Shown here piece by piece: positions 10,607 through 21,049 of a stretch of 64,000 nucleotides of DNA. Origin of the DNA: a virus; IMG/VR virus record IMGVR_UViG_3300009183_006007, positions 1 to 64,000 of that record; one strand, given 5' to 3'. The position numbers and the translations under genes are program-made. Numbering within the stretch: the first letter of the stretch is position 1; every line of letters starts with the position of its first letter. Below the pieces are notes generated by a model. The model saw only the letters and a program-made list of their open reading frames with translations, searched no databases and was not told the origin of the DNA.

Positions 10607-10751
10607 GATAATTCTTAAGGGTGTTTTACAAACATTTGATAACAAACACAATGGTAGAATCTATTCAGAAGAAATCTTTACAAAGGCATATAAAGAGAGT
10701 GTTAGAAAACTTATAAGAAAGAAGAAAATTAGAAAATTATTCGATGAGTAA
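10599..10751 (+). CDS. Unlisted 50-aa mini-protein: prohead-protease-like segment plus C-terminal tag
   Basis: Own translation MSKIILKGVLQTFDNKHNGRIYSEEIFTKAYKESVRKLIRKKKIRKLFDE; overlaps both neighbours. Confidence 0.7.
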   Translation: MSKIILKGVLQTFDNKHNGRIYSEEIFTKAYKESVRKLIRKKKIRKLFDE

Positions 10752-11367
10752 ATATTTAGAAGGTATAACAAAAGATATGATTGAATCACAAGGTTATCTT
10801 TATGATGATATGAGTCCTATGGTTATTGACATGGAAGTGATTGATAATTCAGATAAAAATGCTACAAGAATGATAATCAAAGATAAATCTGGTAAAGAAA
10901 AATCAATTGATGGTGAAGATAACATTATAAGTTTTATAGATGAAATTAAATCAAGATACAAACAACTAAAATATGATAAAACTTATTTGAATATGGCTAC
11001 AGAGTGGGCTAAACTCTCACATTGTAGTAGAAAACAAGTAGGTGCTTTAATAGTTAAGAATGGTATGATTATATCTGATGGATATAATGGAACACCAACT
11101 GGATTTGATAACTCTTGTGAGAACGGAGATGGTGATACTAATTGGTATGTTATTCACGGAGAAGCCAATGCTATTCTGAAATGTGCTAAACACGGGCATT
11201 CTTGTGAGGGTGGTACTTTATACCAAACACATTCGCCTTGTAGAGATTGTTCTAAACTTATCTTACAATCAGGAATAAAAAGATTAGTATATAAAGAAGA
11301 TTACAAAGATACTTCAGGATTAGATTTTCTAAGAGAGGCTAAAATTGAAATAGTAAAATATGGATAA
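10744..11367 (+). CDS. dCMP deaminase with N-terminal extension
   Basis: SHCSRKQVGA, GYNGTP, HGEANAI, SPCRDC. Confidence 0.9.
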   Translation: MSKYLEGITKDMIESQGYLYDDMSPMVIDMEVIDNSDKNATRMIIKDKSGKEKSIDGEDNIISFIDEIKSRYKQLKYDKTYLNMATEWAKLSHCSRKQVGALIVKNGMIISDGYNGTPTGFDNSCENGDGDTNWYVIHGEANAILKCAKHGHSCEGGTLYQTHSPCRDCSKLILQSGIKRLVYKEDYKDTSGLDFLREAKIEIVKYG

Positions 11368-12043
11368 TGAACTAAAATTAATGGTAGAAGATTTTAAGGT
11401 TGAACAAATTTATAAAAACTCACTATTCTCTGTAAAAAGTATCTGTGAGCATTTAGAAATTTGGGATAATTATTCAGATGAGGAAAAGTTCAAGTTAGAA
11501 AACTTTACAGCCAGAGACTCCAAATTAAATAAGAACTTTACTTATAAAGGTAAGTATGACTCAAATTTAACATATGGTGAGATAACAAAAAAAGGAGTTC
11601 AAACAATAATTGAAAAGATAACTAAATATAAAGATATAAAAGAATCTGACGTATTTGCTGATATTGGAAGTGGTTGTGGTAAGTTGGTTTTACAAATGGC
11701 AGTTAAAACAAAATTCAGAAATTTAGTTGGTGTTGAGATTGTTGATATCAGAAATAAATATGCAAAATCAATATTAGAACAAATATCACCAATTGATGAT
11801 AAAAAGATTTTTTTTATCAATAAAGATGTAAGAGATTTTGACTTATCTATATGTAAAGTAATATTCACCAATAATGTACTTTTTGATTCTAACCTAAATA
11901 ATTTAATTTATGATAGACTACCTGAAGGTTGTCATATTATATCAATGTCACCATTTAACAAATGTAAGTTCTTAAAAGACACCTTTGATGTTGAAGTATC
12001 ATGGTCAGATAAAAAACATAAAATTTATTATTATATAAAATGA
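11360..12043 (+). CDS. DOT1-like class I SAM methyltransferase
   Basis: TYGEIT, FADIGSGCGK, GVEI, IFTNN. Confidence 0.7.
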   Translation: MDNELKLMVEDFKVEQIYKNSLFSVKSICEHLEIWDNYSDEEKFKLENFTARDSKLNKNFTYKGKYDSNLTYGEITKKGVQTIIEKITKYKDIKESDVFADIGSGCGKLVLQMAVKTKFRNLVGVEIVDIRNKYAKSILEQISPIDDKKIFFINKDVRDFDLSICKVIFTNNVLFDSNLNNLIYDRLPEGCHIISMSPFNKCKFLKDTFDVEVSWSDKKHKIYYYIK

Positions 12044-12534
12044 TATTTAGAGAATTTTTACAAAATATTAAAACACAATTAGTTAATGTTGAACCTAAAT
12101 CAATATCCGTTTACCCAATTGGTGAAAATAACCTAGAAGGTATTAAAGTTTTAATTGATAATTGTTATAGAATGGGTAGTGAAAATAACAACATTAGAGT
12201 TGCAACAATGGACCCGTCATTGTGGTTAGGTCAATTCTTAGATAAACATTGGAATAAAATTTCTTATGTAACATCATTACCAACCTTTATTATAATGAAA
12301 GTTGAAGATAATAAAATAGTTTCAAAACAATATAATACAGAAATAAGAGAGTTTGAATCTGAAGACTTAATTAATGATTTTTTTGAAAGAGGAAGATGGA
12401 AAACACTTGTTATATTCTCTATTATAAAACACGTTGACTTAGTTAGTCTAAGTTCAACATATCGAGTAAGATATGCTGATATAACAGAGAAGTATGAAGA
12501 AAGAGATAATATAATAAACGAAATACTTAAATAA
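12040..12534 (+). CDS. Hypothetical protein with C-terminal tag
   Basis: Ends ERDNIINEILK. Confidence 0.65.
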   Translation: MIFREFLQNIKTQLVNVEPKSISVYPIGENNLEGIKVLIDNCYRMGSENNNIRVATMDPSLWLGQFLDKHWNKISYVTSLPTFIIMKVEDNKIVSKQYNTEIREFESEDLINDFFERGRWKTLVIFSIIKHVDLVSLSSTYRVRYADITEKYEERDNIINEILK

Positions 12535-12539
12535 AAAAT

Positions 12540-13016
12540 ATGGAATTAGTAACAACAAAAATTTGTATGGCATTTGACTTAGGAGTTCATGGTAATTACT
12601 TTGGTGGTAATATGATGTCTCTATTAGATGAATCGGCAGCGGCTTACTCTTGTCAAATATGTGACTCGGCTAAAATGGTCACACTAAAAATAGAAGAAGT
12701 GATTTTTCAAAGTCCAGTTAAAGTAGGTAATCTTATTAAGATTTATGCTTCTGTTGATAAATTTGGAACAACTTCAATAACTATTAATCTTGAGGCAAGA
12801 AAACATAATGTTCACACAGGTAAACAAGAATTGGTATGTTCAACAAAAATGATATTTGTTAAACTAGATGAAGAAGGATCTTCCATTCCTATTTCAGATA
12901 GAGTTAAATCAAGATATTCAGATAGATTCAAAAAGTATGGTAGAGGATTACTTCATCCAGAAGAACTTGAAAAAGAAAATGAAGAAAAGAAAATTGCTAG
13001 GCTAGCAACAAAATAA
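12540..13016 (+). CDS. HotDog-fold acyl-CoA thioesterase
   Basis: HGNYFGGNMMSLLDE, FQSPVKVG, FGTTSI. Confidence 0.85.
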   Translation: MELVTTKICMAFDLGVHGNYFGGNMMSLLDESAAAYSCQICDSAKMVTLKIEEVIFQSPVKVGNLIKIYASVDKFGTTSITINLEARKHNVHTGKQELVCSTKMIFVKLDEEGSSIPISDRVKSRYSDRFKKYGRGLLHPEELEKENEEKKIARLATK

Positions 13017-13025
13017 ATAAAAAAA

Positions 13026-13370
13026 ATGGAAAATTTACAATTAATAATGGCAACCGTTTTGATCACTCTAATATCAGGTGCACTGGTGGGTTCTTTAATC
13101 TACTTGGGTGTAGTTGTGAGAAAGTTAAGACGAACTGTTAAAGACAATGTAGTAGACATTACAAATCTACAAAATAACCTAAATGGTGAGGTTATAAACA
13201 TATACAACAGAATAGATGAAGTTGAAAAATGTTTATATCAAAAATTAGATCAATTATATACATCATCTGATGATAATTATTCAGAATTGGATAGAAAAAT
13301 AGATAGTCGATACGACAAATTGGTAGATAATATCTATAAAGATATGGAACAACTAAGACAAACAAAATAA
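13026..13370 (+). CDS. Membrane-anchored coiled-coil protein
   Basis: N-terminal TM helix then heptad-like region. Confidence 0.65.
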   Translation: MENLQLIMATVLITLISGALVGSLIYLGVVVRKLRRTVKDNVVDITNLQNNLNGEVINIYNRIDEVEKCLYQKLDQLYTSSDDNYSELDRKIDSRYDKLVDNIYKDMEQLRQTK

Positions 13371-13387
13371 TAAACTACTAGCCTAGC

Positions 13388-13417
13388 AAAAAAGAGAGTC
13401 AAATGACTCTCTTTTTT
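13388..13417. terminator. Bidirectional intrinsic terminator
   Basis: AAAAAAGAGAGTC-AAAT-GACTCTCTTTTTT between convergent genes. Confidence 0.85.
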
Positions 13418-13670
13418 AGTTTAATACTTGTTTTAACTTCCAATCTCTTTCTTTAGAATTATCTTCAAATTGAAGTTCCTCTTCAGCAAATATAATAGGA
13501 ATTAAATGTTGCTTTATTTGATATTGACTTGGATATAAATCTAACTCAACTCTATAAACATTTAAGTCTTGTGTTGATTCCTTACTAGTAACTATACTAC
13601 CTACTCGATACTTAAGATCATCATAAGCTCTTGTTACAATAACAACCCGATCACCCTTTGAGAACTTTAA
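13416..13670 (-). CDS. KOW/SH3-like small protein with C-terminal tag; start uncertain
   Basis: KFSKGDRVVI...ERDWKLKQVLN; no ATG at the expected start. Confidence 0.45.
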   Translation of the reverse strand, partial: LKFSKGDRVVIVTRAYDDLKYRVGSIVTSKESTQDLNVYRVELDLYPSQYQIKQHLIPIIFAEEELQFEDNSKERDWKLKQVLN

Positions 13671-14577
13671 ATTGTTGTCTGTATCTGATAACTGCCAGGT
13701 CTTTCGCTTTCGCTTCAATTTCCGTGTCAAAGTCAAGACCAAATGTTTTAATTTCTTCATAAATATAATCTGCATGTGCTGTTTGTTTTCCTGAATTATC
13801 TTCTAATGTTTTTGGTGAACTCATATGAGTCATTGGTTGAATATCACCCCAAGTAGAACAAGCAAGTTTTAATGCCTCTTCTTGTGAGATATCTTTTGGT
13901 CCATAATTATGATGATGAAAATCATGAGTTATAGGTATTCCAATTTTCTTATAAATTAAATCATATAAAATCTTTGTTGAATATTGATTAGGACCATCGT
14001 CATTTTCAACAACCAATCTTCTACGACAAGACTCACTTAAATTAAAAAATTGTTTACAGAATCTGTCAGCAGCTTCTTCTCTTGTTGGTTTGGTGGTATT
14101 AACATGTATGTTAATTGGATAATAACGGGTCTGATCTAAACACATTAAATCCATTATTTGAGCATGTTTATCTAATTCATCAATAGCATTTTTAACAACA
14201 ATTGGATTTTCACTAGCTGGAATACAGAAGTGTGTTGGGTGAAAAGAAAGTCTTATTTTTTTAGACTTTGAATAATCACCTATTGACTTTAACTTATCTG
14301 ATATAAGTTTGAAGTTTGGTAAATCTTCTAATTTATAAAAACCAATACATGGAAACATGTCACTTGACATTCTATAAACAAAAATATTATTTTTTACATT
14401 CCATTGAAGTATTTTTTCAAGATCATTTATATTCTGTATGGCTAACTCAGATACATATCCAAGACCTTTAGTCTCAAATGTCTTTTTAGTCATTCCTCTA
14501 TTGACTGTTATTTGGTCTTTTTTCTTTTTACCCTCGTTTATCGAGATATTAATACAACAATATCCTATATTACCCAT
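13651..14577 (-). CDS. uvsE: UV damage endonuclease
   Basis: IGYCCIN, YRMSS, RLSFHP, INIH, LVVENDD, DFHHH, AHADY, EAKAKD. Confidence 0.92.
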   Translation of the reverse strand: MGNIGYCCINISINEGKKKKDQITVNRGMTKKTFETKGLGYVSELAIQNINDLEKILQWNVKNNIFVYRMSSDMFPCIGFYKLEDLPNFKLISDKLKSIGDYSKSKKIRLSFHPTHFCIPASENPIVVKNAIDELDKHAQIMDLMCLDQTRYYPINIHVNTTKPTREEAADRFCKQFFNLSESCRRRLVVENDDGPNQYSTKILYDLIYKKIGIPITHDFHHHNYGPKDISQEEALKLACSTWGDIQPMTHMSSPKTLEDNSGKQTAHADYIYEEIKTFGLDFDTEIEAKAKDLAVIRYRQQFKVLKG

Positions 14578-14582
14578 AAATA

Positions 14583-14590
14583 CAAATATA
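14583..14590 (-). promoter_or_regulatory. Bacteroidota-type -7 element TATATTTG
   Basis: 5 nt upstream of the uvsE ATG. Confidence 0.6.
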
Positions 14591-14738
14591 CTAAAAAATA
14601 ATATATAGTATATGATAATTTATAGAATTTTTAATAAAATAATATCACACCAAGAAAAGTAACTTGGTGTATTAAAAAGAACAACCTAGATACACCTGGT
14701 AAAAATTATTGGCAAACCAATAAATAGAATTAATTTTT

Positions 14739-14746
14739 AATATATA
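14739..14746 (+). promoter_or_regulatory. Putative late promoter AATATATA
   Basis: 4 nt before the ATG at 14751. Confidence 0.65.
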
Positions 14747-14750
14747 CAAT

Positions 14751-15317
14751 ATGAGAATTATAAAATACACAGAGTTTATTAAAGAAGAATTTACAGACAC
14801 TCCAGAATCATATATTGAGGTAGCTCTTAAACAAATTAAGAAGAAAATCGACAAGATGTTTGAATTTCAAGAGGCTATTGATACTGAACCATCTGATGAA
14901 GAAGAAGGTGATAAAGAAATCAGAAAAGCTAAATTAGATAGTAAGAAGAAGTCAGAGATGTCATTCAAAGATTTGGGTGTGAGACTTGAAAGTTCGGAGA
15001 TATCAAAATATTCTAAACTTCATGACTCTTTAACTATTAAATTTTCAGATGATGAAGCAACTTATAGCTTACTTATATCAATTGACTTAAAAGATGCTCT
15101 ACCAAAAGATCCAAATGGTGACTATTCATATGAAGACATTGAGAAATGTTATATGAAACTAAAGAAATATAATCTTGATACATTTGAAGTTATTGGTCAA
15201 ATAACTAAAAATGTTGAGATTAAGAAAATTGACGAAGATTTCCTAATTAGTTTAAAAATTGATATGGATGATAAATTCGGAGATGATGAAGAATTTGAAA
15301 TTGAAACCAATGATTAA
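14751..15317 (+). CDS. Acidic hypothetical protein with N-terminal tag
   Basis: Starts MRIIKYTEFIKEE. Confidence 0.7.
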   Translation: MRIIKYTEFIKEEFTDTPESYIEVALKQIKKKIDKMFEFQEAIDTEPSDEEEGDKEIRKAKLDSKKKSEMSFKDLGVRLESSEISKYSKLHDSLTIKFSDDEATYSLLISIDLKDALPKDPNGDYSYEDIEKCYMKLKKYNLDTFEVIGQITKNVEIKKIDEDFLISLKIDMDDKFGDDEEFEIETND

Positions 15318-15515
15318 AAAGTATAAAGAATTTTCAATTAACTTGGCATATGTCTTGGAGTAATAGAAGAAATTATGAATTCGACTATGATGTTAAGTTA
15401 GTTGATAATAAGATACATCTTATTTATAAACAGATGTTTCAACTTGATAGACATAATCGCAGAATAGAACCTGAAAATTAATAAAGGAGACATCATTTAT
15501 TTTAATAAATAGTGT

Positions 15516-16034
15516 ATGGTATATAATGTAGTAACAAATGCGATGGTTATGAATGAAGTAAAAAAATGTAGATACTTCAAAATGAATCTTGGTCTCGCAG
15601 CAACAGTCGATAAAGGAGTTAAAAGAGATTACAATGATAAAGATAAGTTCTCTTATAACTATTCAAATACTTATAAAACATTTATTTACGCTCAAGGTAA
15701 TGTTGGTGATATAAAATTTTATATTGACCATTATATTAAAGATCCAGTAATGGCAGTTTATTACTCTGATAATTTTGAGGAGTTTTTATTTGATATTGAT
15801 TTTAATCAAATAAAAGAAAAAGGAATAGATGGATTTTTAGGATATATCTTGAAAGAAGTAGATACTCAATATGAGGAAAGACTAAAAGAAAATACTTTAA
15901 AGAAAGCTGAACCTAAAAAATCTGGTAATCCTGATTTAGTTCTTCAAAATCCAGGAGCCGTAACATATGAAGATTTGAAAGCTTATTTAGAAATAGAAAG
16001 ATCACAAAGATATAAAAATAATAATCAGTTATGA
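15516..16034 (+). CDS. Hypothetical protein
   Basis: 172-aa ORF overlapping the endolysin start. Confidence 0.65.
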   Translation: MVYNVVTNAMVMNEVKKCRYFKMNLGLAATVDKGVKRDYNDKDKFSYNYSNTYKTFIYAQGNVGDIKFYIDHYIKDPVMAVYYSDNFEEFLFDIDFNQIKEKGIDGFLGYILKEVDTQYEERLKENTLKKAEPKKSGNPDLVLQNPGAVTYEDLKAYLEIERSQRYKNNNQL

Positions 16035-16990
16035 AATTAAGTAGAGTGCTAACAATATCGATGTCTGGAGATGATGTAACATTTCTACAGACTAATTTAA
16101 AAAACTTTGGTTTCTTAAAAGAAAGAATTGATGGTTATTTTGGACAGAATACACTTGTGGCTGTTACAAACTTCCAAAGAAAGATGAACATAAAGGCCGA
16201 TGGTGTTGTGGGTTCTTTAACTTGGAGTAAAATGATAAACTATGGTAAACCAGTAGAAGTTAAAGTAGTATCAGTTCCGAAATATGAAGACATACCACTT
16301 AAAGTTTCTCATATTGGTGAGAGTGGTTTTAAAATATACGATTGTTTATTATCTGATGATGAATATATTAAAACAGAAACTAGAAAAGAAACAATCTATT
16401 TACATCACACCGCTGGTGGTTCTAGACCGGATTGGACTGTAGGTGGTTGGGAAAAAGATACTGATAATAATGGAAATTCATTAAAAGTTGCAACAGCTTA
16501 TGTCATAGGTAGAAAGTCATCGTCTTCAAATGAAACCATATGGGATGGTAAGATTATAAGAACATTTGATGATAGATATTGGGCTTATCATTTAGGTATT
16601 AAAAAAGATAATGTTGAATTAAACTCAAAATCAATTGGTATAGAAATTTGTAATTATGGTCCACTTACTAAAAGAGGTGATGTTTTTTATAACTATGTTA
16701 ATAAACCAATTCCTGAAAGTGATGTTGTTAAATTAGATAAACCATTTAGAGGGTATCAATATTATGAGAAATACACAGAATATCAAATAGAAAGTCTTAG
16801 ATTGTTACTTCTTTATTTATCAAATAGATGGGGTATAGAATTTGAAAAAGGTATTTATAACGAAGAGTGGTTTGAATATAATGACAAATGGTTTACAAAT
16901 GGTGGATTAAGAAGTCACACACAAGTTAGAAAAGATAAAATTGACGTATTTCCTCAACCAGAGTTAATCCAGATGTTAAATAGTCTTTAA
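16031..16990 (+). CDS. Endolysin: peptidoglycan-binding domain plus N-acetylmuramoyl-L-alanine amidase
   Basis: DGYFGQNT..AV..FQ...ADGVVG; IYLHHTAG, SIGIEICN, SH...RKDKID. Confidence 0.88.
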   Translation: MKLSRVLTISMSGDDVTFLQTNLKNFGFLKERIDGYFGQNTLVAVTNFQRKMNIKADGVVGSLTWSKMINYGKPVEVKVVSVPKYEDIPLKVSHIGESGFKIYDCLLSDDEYIKTETRKETIYLHHTAGGSRPDWTVGGWEKDTDNNGNSLKVATAYVIGRKSSSSNETIWDGKIIRTFDDRYWAYHLGIKKDNVELNSKSIGIEICNYGPLTKRGDVFYNYVNKPIPESDVVKLDKPFRGYQYYEKYTEYQIESLRLLLLYLSNRWGIEFEKGIYNEEWFEYNDKWFTNGGLRSHTQVRKDKIDVFPQPELIQMLNSL

Positions 16991-17247
16991 TTATAGATAA
17001 TTGCTAAAGTCTTATAGATAATTATTTGATTTTCAGTAGAAAGTTCTTCAAAATCAATAAAGTAGTCTATATCATCATCTTCAAAAATGTGAAGTAGTAT
17101 AACCTCTTCTTCTTCTAACCATTCAATAGAATTAAAGGTCATATCCCCGACGTTTATATCAATAACTAACTCATATAAACCTATACCTAATATTTTAATT
17201 AGGTCTCTTACTTTTTCCTTCATTCTTGACGAGATAATTTTTTTCAT
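16987..17247 (-). CDS. Hypothetical protein
   Basis: ORF preceded on the minus strand by AATATATA (17253-17260). Confidence 0.55.
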   Translation of the reverse strand: MKKIISSRMKEKVRDLIKILGIGLYELVIDINVGDMTFNSIEWLEEEEVILLHIFEDDDIDYFIDFEELSTENQIIIYKTLAIIYN

Positions 17248-17307
17248 TTCTATATATATTATTGTGTTATAATATAAAAAAATATCAATATTGGAATTTT
17301 CAAAATT

Positions 17308-17315
17308 AATATATA
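17308..17315 (+). promoter_or_regulatory. Putative late promoter AATATATA
   Basis: Recurrent motif. Confidence 0.6.
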
Positions 17316-17338
17316 TTGGTAGAAAATAATTTTAAAAT

Positions 17339-18598
17339 ATGTCAATATTAAGATATAATGATTACATCTCGGAGAAAATGGCTTATGAGATGATACTTGA
17401 GTCAAAAGTTATCTATTCAAAGAAGTTTATTAATTTACTTAGTAAAATGAAAACGAATAAATTAGCAAAAGAATTATTAAACCTTTATTCAAAAGATGTT
17501 GATGCTCTAACACAAAATTATATCGATATTACTGATGAAAAAGATGCTGTGAGTTTTACACCTGATAGAAAGGTTCAAGAATTAACTAAAGATAAACCAG
17601 AAACTTGGTCTGTTACGGATTCTCAAAGATACTTAACTAAAAGTGATAGAAATAATAAAATATTTGAAGCTTTAGGATATGATAAAGAAAAATATGAATG
17701 TTGGGCACCAGAAGTAGATACAGTTGGATTAATACTTTCTGAGACAGTTAGTAGATCATCTGGTAAAATATATGTAATGTTTCAAGAGTATAAAGCAACA
17801 GATGAACCTAGAATCGGTGTTATTAACAAAGATGCTTTGGAATTATCAGATGCTGAAGATATGAGAATTTGGTCAACATCAAGAAATCCAATTAAAATAG
17901 GTAGACTAGTAAGAGCTATTTTAAATGCCGCTAAAATTACATTTGTTGATAAAGACATTGAAGATTTTACAAATACATATAAAGCAACTTATGACTTTGC
18001 TAAAGATGCTCTTAGACAATTTGATATTGTTAAAGGTGATAAGATTGCTTATTGGTATAATCAAGATAATTATGTAGATGGTGGTGGTTCTTTAAATAAC
18101 TCTTGTATGGCTGATGTAGATACTGATGATTATTTTGATATTTATACACAAAATCCTCAAGTATCACTTGTTATTCTTTATGGAGATACTGGTGTTATAG
18201 ATGGTGATAAGTATAGTGCCGATCTTATTAAAGGAAGAGCAATTCTTTGGGATTGTAAATTAGATGGTCAACCCGTTAAATTTATGGATAGAGTATATAC
18301 TACTCACGATTCTGATGTTGAGTTATTCAAACAATTTGCTGAAAAGAATGGATGGTGGTATAAAAAATCACAATCTATGGAACCAAGTGAAAAATTAACA
18401 AATGGTTCAGATGTTAAAAAAGGAGTAATAATTGCTAATCTTAATGATACTGACTTTAATTATTATCCTTATTGTGACACTATGTGTTATATTGATAGTG
18501 AATCAGGTGTTGTTTCAAATACATATTGGGATGATTCTAATAAACTTTTAAGAGATACTGGAGGTGAGTATGAAGATTCATATGATATGGAAGATTAA
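17339..18598 (+). CDS. Hypothetical protein with N-terminal tag
   Basis: Starts MSILRYNDYISE; SLNNSCM...GRAILW...FMDRVY. Confidence 0.7.
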   Translation: MSILRYNDYISEKMAYEMILESKVIYSKKFINLLSKMKTNKLAKELLNLYSKDVDALTQNYIDITDEKDAVSFTPDRKVQELTKDKPETWSVTDSQRYLTKSDRNNKIFEALGYDKEKYECWAPEVDTVGLILSETVSRSSGKIYVMFQEYKATDEPRIGVINKDALELSDAEDMRIWSTSRNPIKIGRLVRAILNAAKITFVDKDIEDFTNTYKATYDFAKDALRQFDIVKGDKIAYWYNQDNYVDGGGSLNNSCMADVDTDDYFDIYTQNPQVSLVILYGDTGVIDGDKYSADLIKGRAILWDCKLDGQPVKFMDRVYTTHDSDVELFKQFAEKNGWWYKKSQSMEPSEKLTNGSDVKKGVIIANLNDTDFNYYPYCDTMCYIDSESGVVSNTYWDDSNKLLRDTGGEYEDSYDMED

Positions 18599-18604
18599 AT
18601 AATA

Positions 18605-18633
18605 AAAAAACCCAGTCAAATAACTGGGTTTTT
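18605..18633. terminator. Bidirectional terminator
   Basis: AAAAAACCCAGT-CAAATA-ACTGGGTTTTT. Confidence 0.85.
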
Positions 18634-18754
18634 GTTTTTCATACTAATCAATAAACGGGGTTAAAACATCAGGCTCTATGCTTTCGTTTCCTTACCTTAT
18701 TACTAATAGGTTTCTGCTCCGTTCCTTTTCCTGACTTACAACCTAATGAAAGTA

Positions 18755-20647
18755 TTACTTAACTTCTTCATAAGATGTATCTTCAACGTCTCCACCGCCA
18801 TTACCATTGTCAGTGCTTTCGTTAGAACTTTGTGGTTCTTCTTGAGATTGTTGATATAATCTTGTACTAATTGTTTGCCAAGTTTCATTTAACTTATTAG
18901 ATGTTTCATCAATTGATGTTACATCTTTTTCTGAGTGAGCCTTTTTCAAAGCATCTAAGTCAGTATTAAGTAAAGACTTATCTTCATCAGTCAACTTATC
19001 AGAAAATTCTTTGATTTGTTTTTCTGTTTGGAAGATAAGATTATCAGCCATGTTTACTTTGTCAACCAATTCTCTTTCGAGACGATCAGACTCAGCATTT
19101 AACTCAGCCTCAGCTTTCATTTTTTCAATTTCCTCTTTAGATAGTTGAGAACCACCTTCAATTCGGATTTTGTTTTCTTTACCACTAGCTTTATCTTTAG
19201 CAGATACAGATAGAATACCATTAGCATCAATATCTAATGTTACTTCTACTTGAGGAATACCTCTCGGAGCTGGCATGATACCATCAAGATGGAATCTACC
19301 TAACGAACGGTTATCCTTAGCCATTGGTCTTTCACCTTGTAGAACGTGAATTTCTACAGATGGTTGATTGTCAGAAGCTGTTGAGAACGTTTCAGACTTA
19401 CGGGTCGGAATTGTTGTATTAGCTTCAATCAACTTAGTCATCACACTACCCATAGTCTCAATACCTAAAGATAGAGGTGTTACATCAAGAAGAAGAACAT
19501 CAGTAATACCACCACTCAAAACAGCTCCTTGAATAGCCGCTCCTAAAGCAACAACTTCATCAGGGTTAACAGATTTGTTTGGTTTCTTACCTAAGTACTT
19601 CTCAATTGCTTCTTGAATAGAAGGTATTCTTGTAGAACCACCAACAAGAATTACTTCATCAATGTCAGATGGTTTAAGTCCTGCATTCTTCAAAGCACTT
19701 TTAGCACAAGCGATAGCTCTATCAACAAGACTTGAGGTCATTTGATCAAACTTAGCTTTAGTTAATTGTTTAACGAAGTGTAAAGGAATACCATCTTTAG
19801 CAGTGATGTATGGAAGATTGATTTCTGATTGAGAAGTTGAAGATAATTCAATTTTCGCTTTCTCAGCAGCTTCTTTCAAACGTTGAAGACCCATAGCATC
19901 TTTTGAAAGATCCATTCCGTGTTCAGATTTGAATTCATCAACCATCCAAGTAATGATTGCGTTATCAAAGTCGTCACCACCTAAGTGAGTATCACCATCA
20001 GTAGATTTAACTTCAAATACACCATCACCAATTTCTAGAACTGATACATCATGAGTACCACCACCACAATCGAATACTAAGATTTTAGAATCTGTATTCT
20101 TTTTATCTAACCCGTAAGCTAGAGCTGCCGCAGTTGGCTCATTAATGATACGCTCAACTTTCAAACCAGCGATTTCACCAGCTTCAATAGTTGCAGTTCT
20201 TTCAGCGTCCCCGAAGTAAGCAGGAACCGTAATAACAGCTCTTTTTACTTCATATCCTAAATAGTCTTCAGCAGTTTTCTTCATTTTCTGAAGAATCATT
20301 GCTGAGATTTCTTGTGGAGTGAAAGTTCTATCATCGATTTTAACACCTGGTACATTTTTACCAGCTTTAACAACTTCATAAGGAACTCTCGTTACCTCAT
20401 CAGTGCAAGCTGAAAAATCTTTACCAATGAACCTCTTAATAGAGTAAACAGTATTTTTTGGATTGGTAACTGCTTGTCTTTTAGCGGGGTCTCCAATTTT
20501 TCTATCTTTGTCGGTAAATCCGACAACTGAAGGAGTTGTTCTTTTCCCTTCAGAGTTGGTGATTACGATTGGTTCACCACCTTCAACTACAGCTACACAT
20601 GAGTTTGTAGTTCCTAAGTCAATTCCAATAATTACGTCTTTTGCCAT
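18755..20647 (-). CDS. dnaK: Chaperone DnaK
   Basis: [31 protein letters not shown]. Confidence 0.97.
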   Translation of the reverse strand: MAKDVIIGIDLGTTNSCVAVVEGGEPIVITNSEGKRTTPSVVGFTDKDRKIGDPAKRQAVTNPKNTVYSIKRFIGKDFSACTDEVTRVPYEVVKAGKNVPGVKIDDRTFTPQEISAMILQKMKKTAEDYLGYEVKRAVITVPAYFGDAERTATIEAGEIAGLKVERIINEPTAAALAYGLDKKNTDSKILVFDCGGGTHDVSVLEIGDGVFEVKSTDGDTHLGGDDFDNAIITWMVDEFKSEHGMDLSKDAMGLQRLKEAAEKAKIELSSTSQSEINLPYITAKDGIPLHFVKQLTKAKFDQMTSSLVDRAIACAKSALKNAGLKPSDIDEVILVGGSTRIPSIQEAIEKYLGKKPNKSVNPDEVVALGAAIQGAVLSGGITDVLLLDVTPLSLGIETMGSVMTKLIEANTTIPTRKSETFSTASDNQPSVEIHVLQGERPMAKDNRSLGRFHLDGIMPAPRGIPQVEVTLDIDANGILSVSAKDKASGKENKIRIEGGSQLSKEEIEKMKAEAELNAESDRLERELVDKVNMADNLIFQTEKQIKEFSDKLTDEDKSLLNTDLDALKKAHSEKDVTSIDETSNKLNETWQTISTRLYQQSQEEPQSSNESTDNGNGGGDVEDTSYEEVK

Positions 20648-20674
20648 ATTTATTTTTTCTTTTTTTTATTACTA

Positions 20675-20700
20675 TTATATCAATTTACTTGCCAAAGTTT
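20675..20700 (-). promoter_or_regulatory. Putative middle promoter AAACTT-N15-TATAA
   Basis: Upstream of dnaK. Confidence 0.55.
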
Positions 20701-20779
20701 ATTATGTGACATTTTGTCATATATTTTTTCTTAACATAAGATTATATTTTTTGATATTAAAAAAGTTTATATATAACTA

Positions 20780-21049
20780 ATGAAATTTATAAAAGAATGG
20801 TCTGAATGGAATCCTACATTAAATAAGGAAGTTTTAGATTTTGTTGAAACCAATAAAGTGAACTTAAGACATCTTTGGAAAGATGATATGAGTGAAGAAG
20901 AAAATATGAAATTCTTAATAGATTACTTTACTGAATACCCAGATGAAATGACTTCTTCTATAAAGACTGACAAAATTAAATCAGTAACACCTATATCCGG
21001 TATTAAAAATGCGGTTCCGACTCTTCAAAATATTGGAGGTGTTTGTTAA
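20780..21049 (+). CDS. Hypothetical protein with divergent N-terminal tag
   Basis: MKFIKEWSEW; TATATATA at 20768. Confidence 0.6.
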   Translation: MKFIKEWSEWNPTLNKEVLDFVETNKVNLRHLWKDDMSEEENMKFLIDYFTEYPDEMTSSIKTDKIKSVTPISGIKNAVPTLQNIGGVC

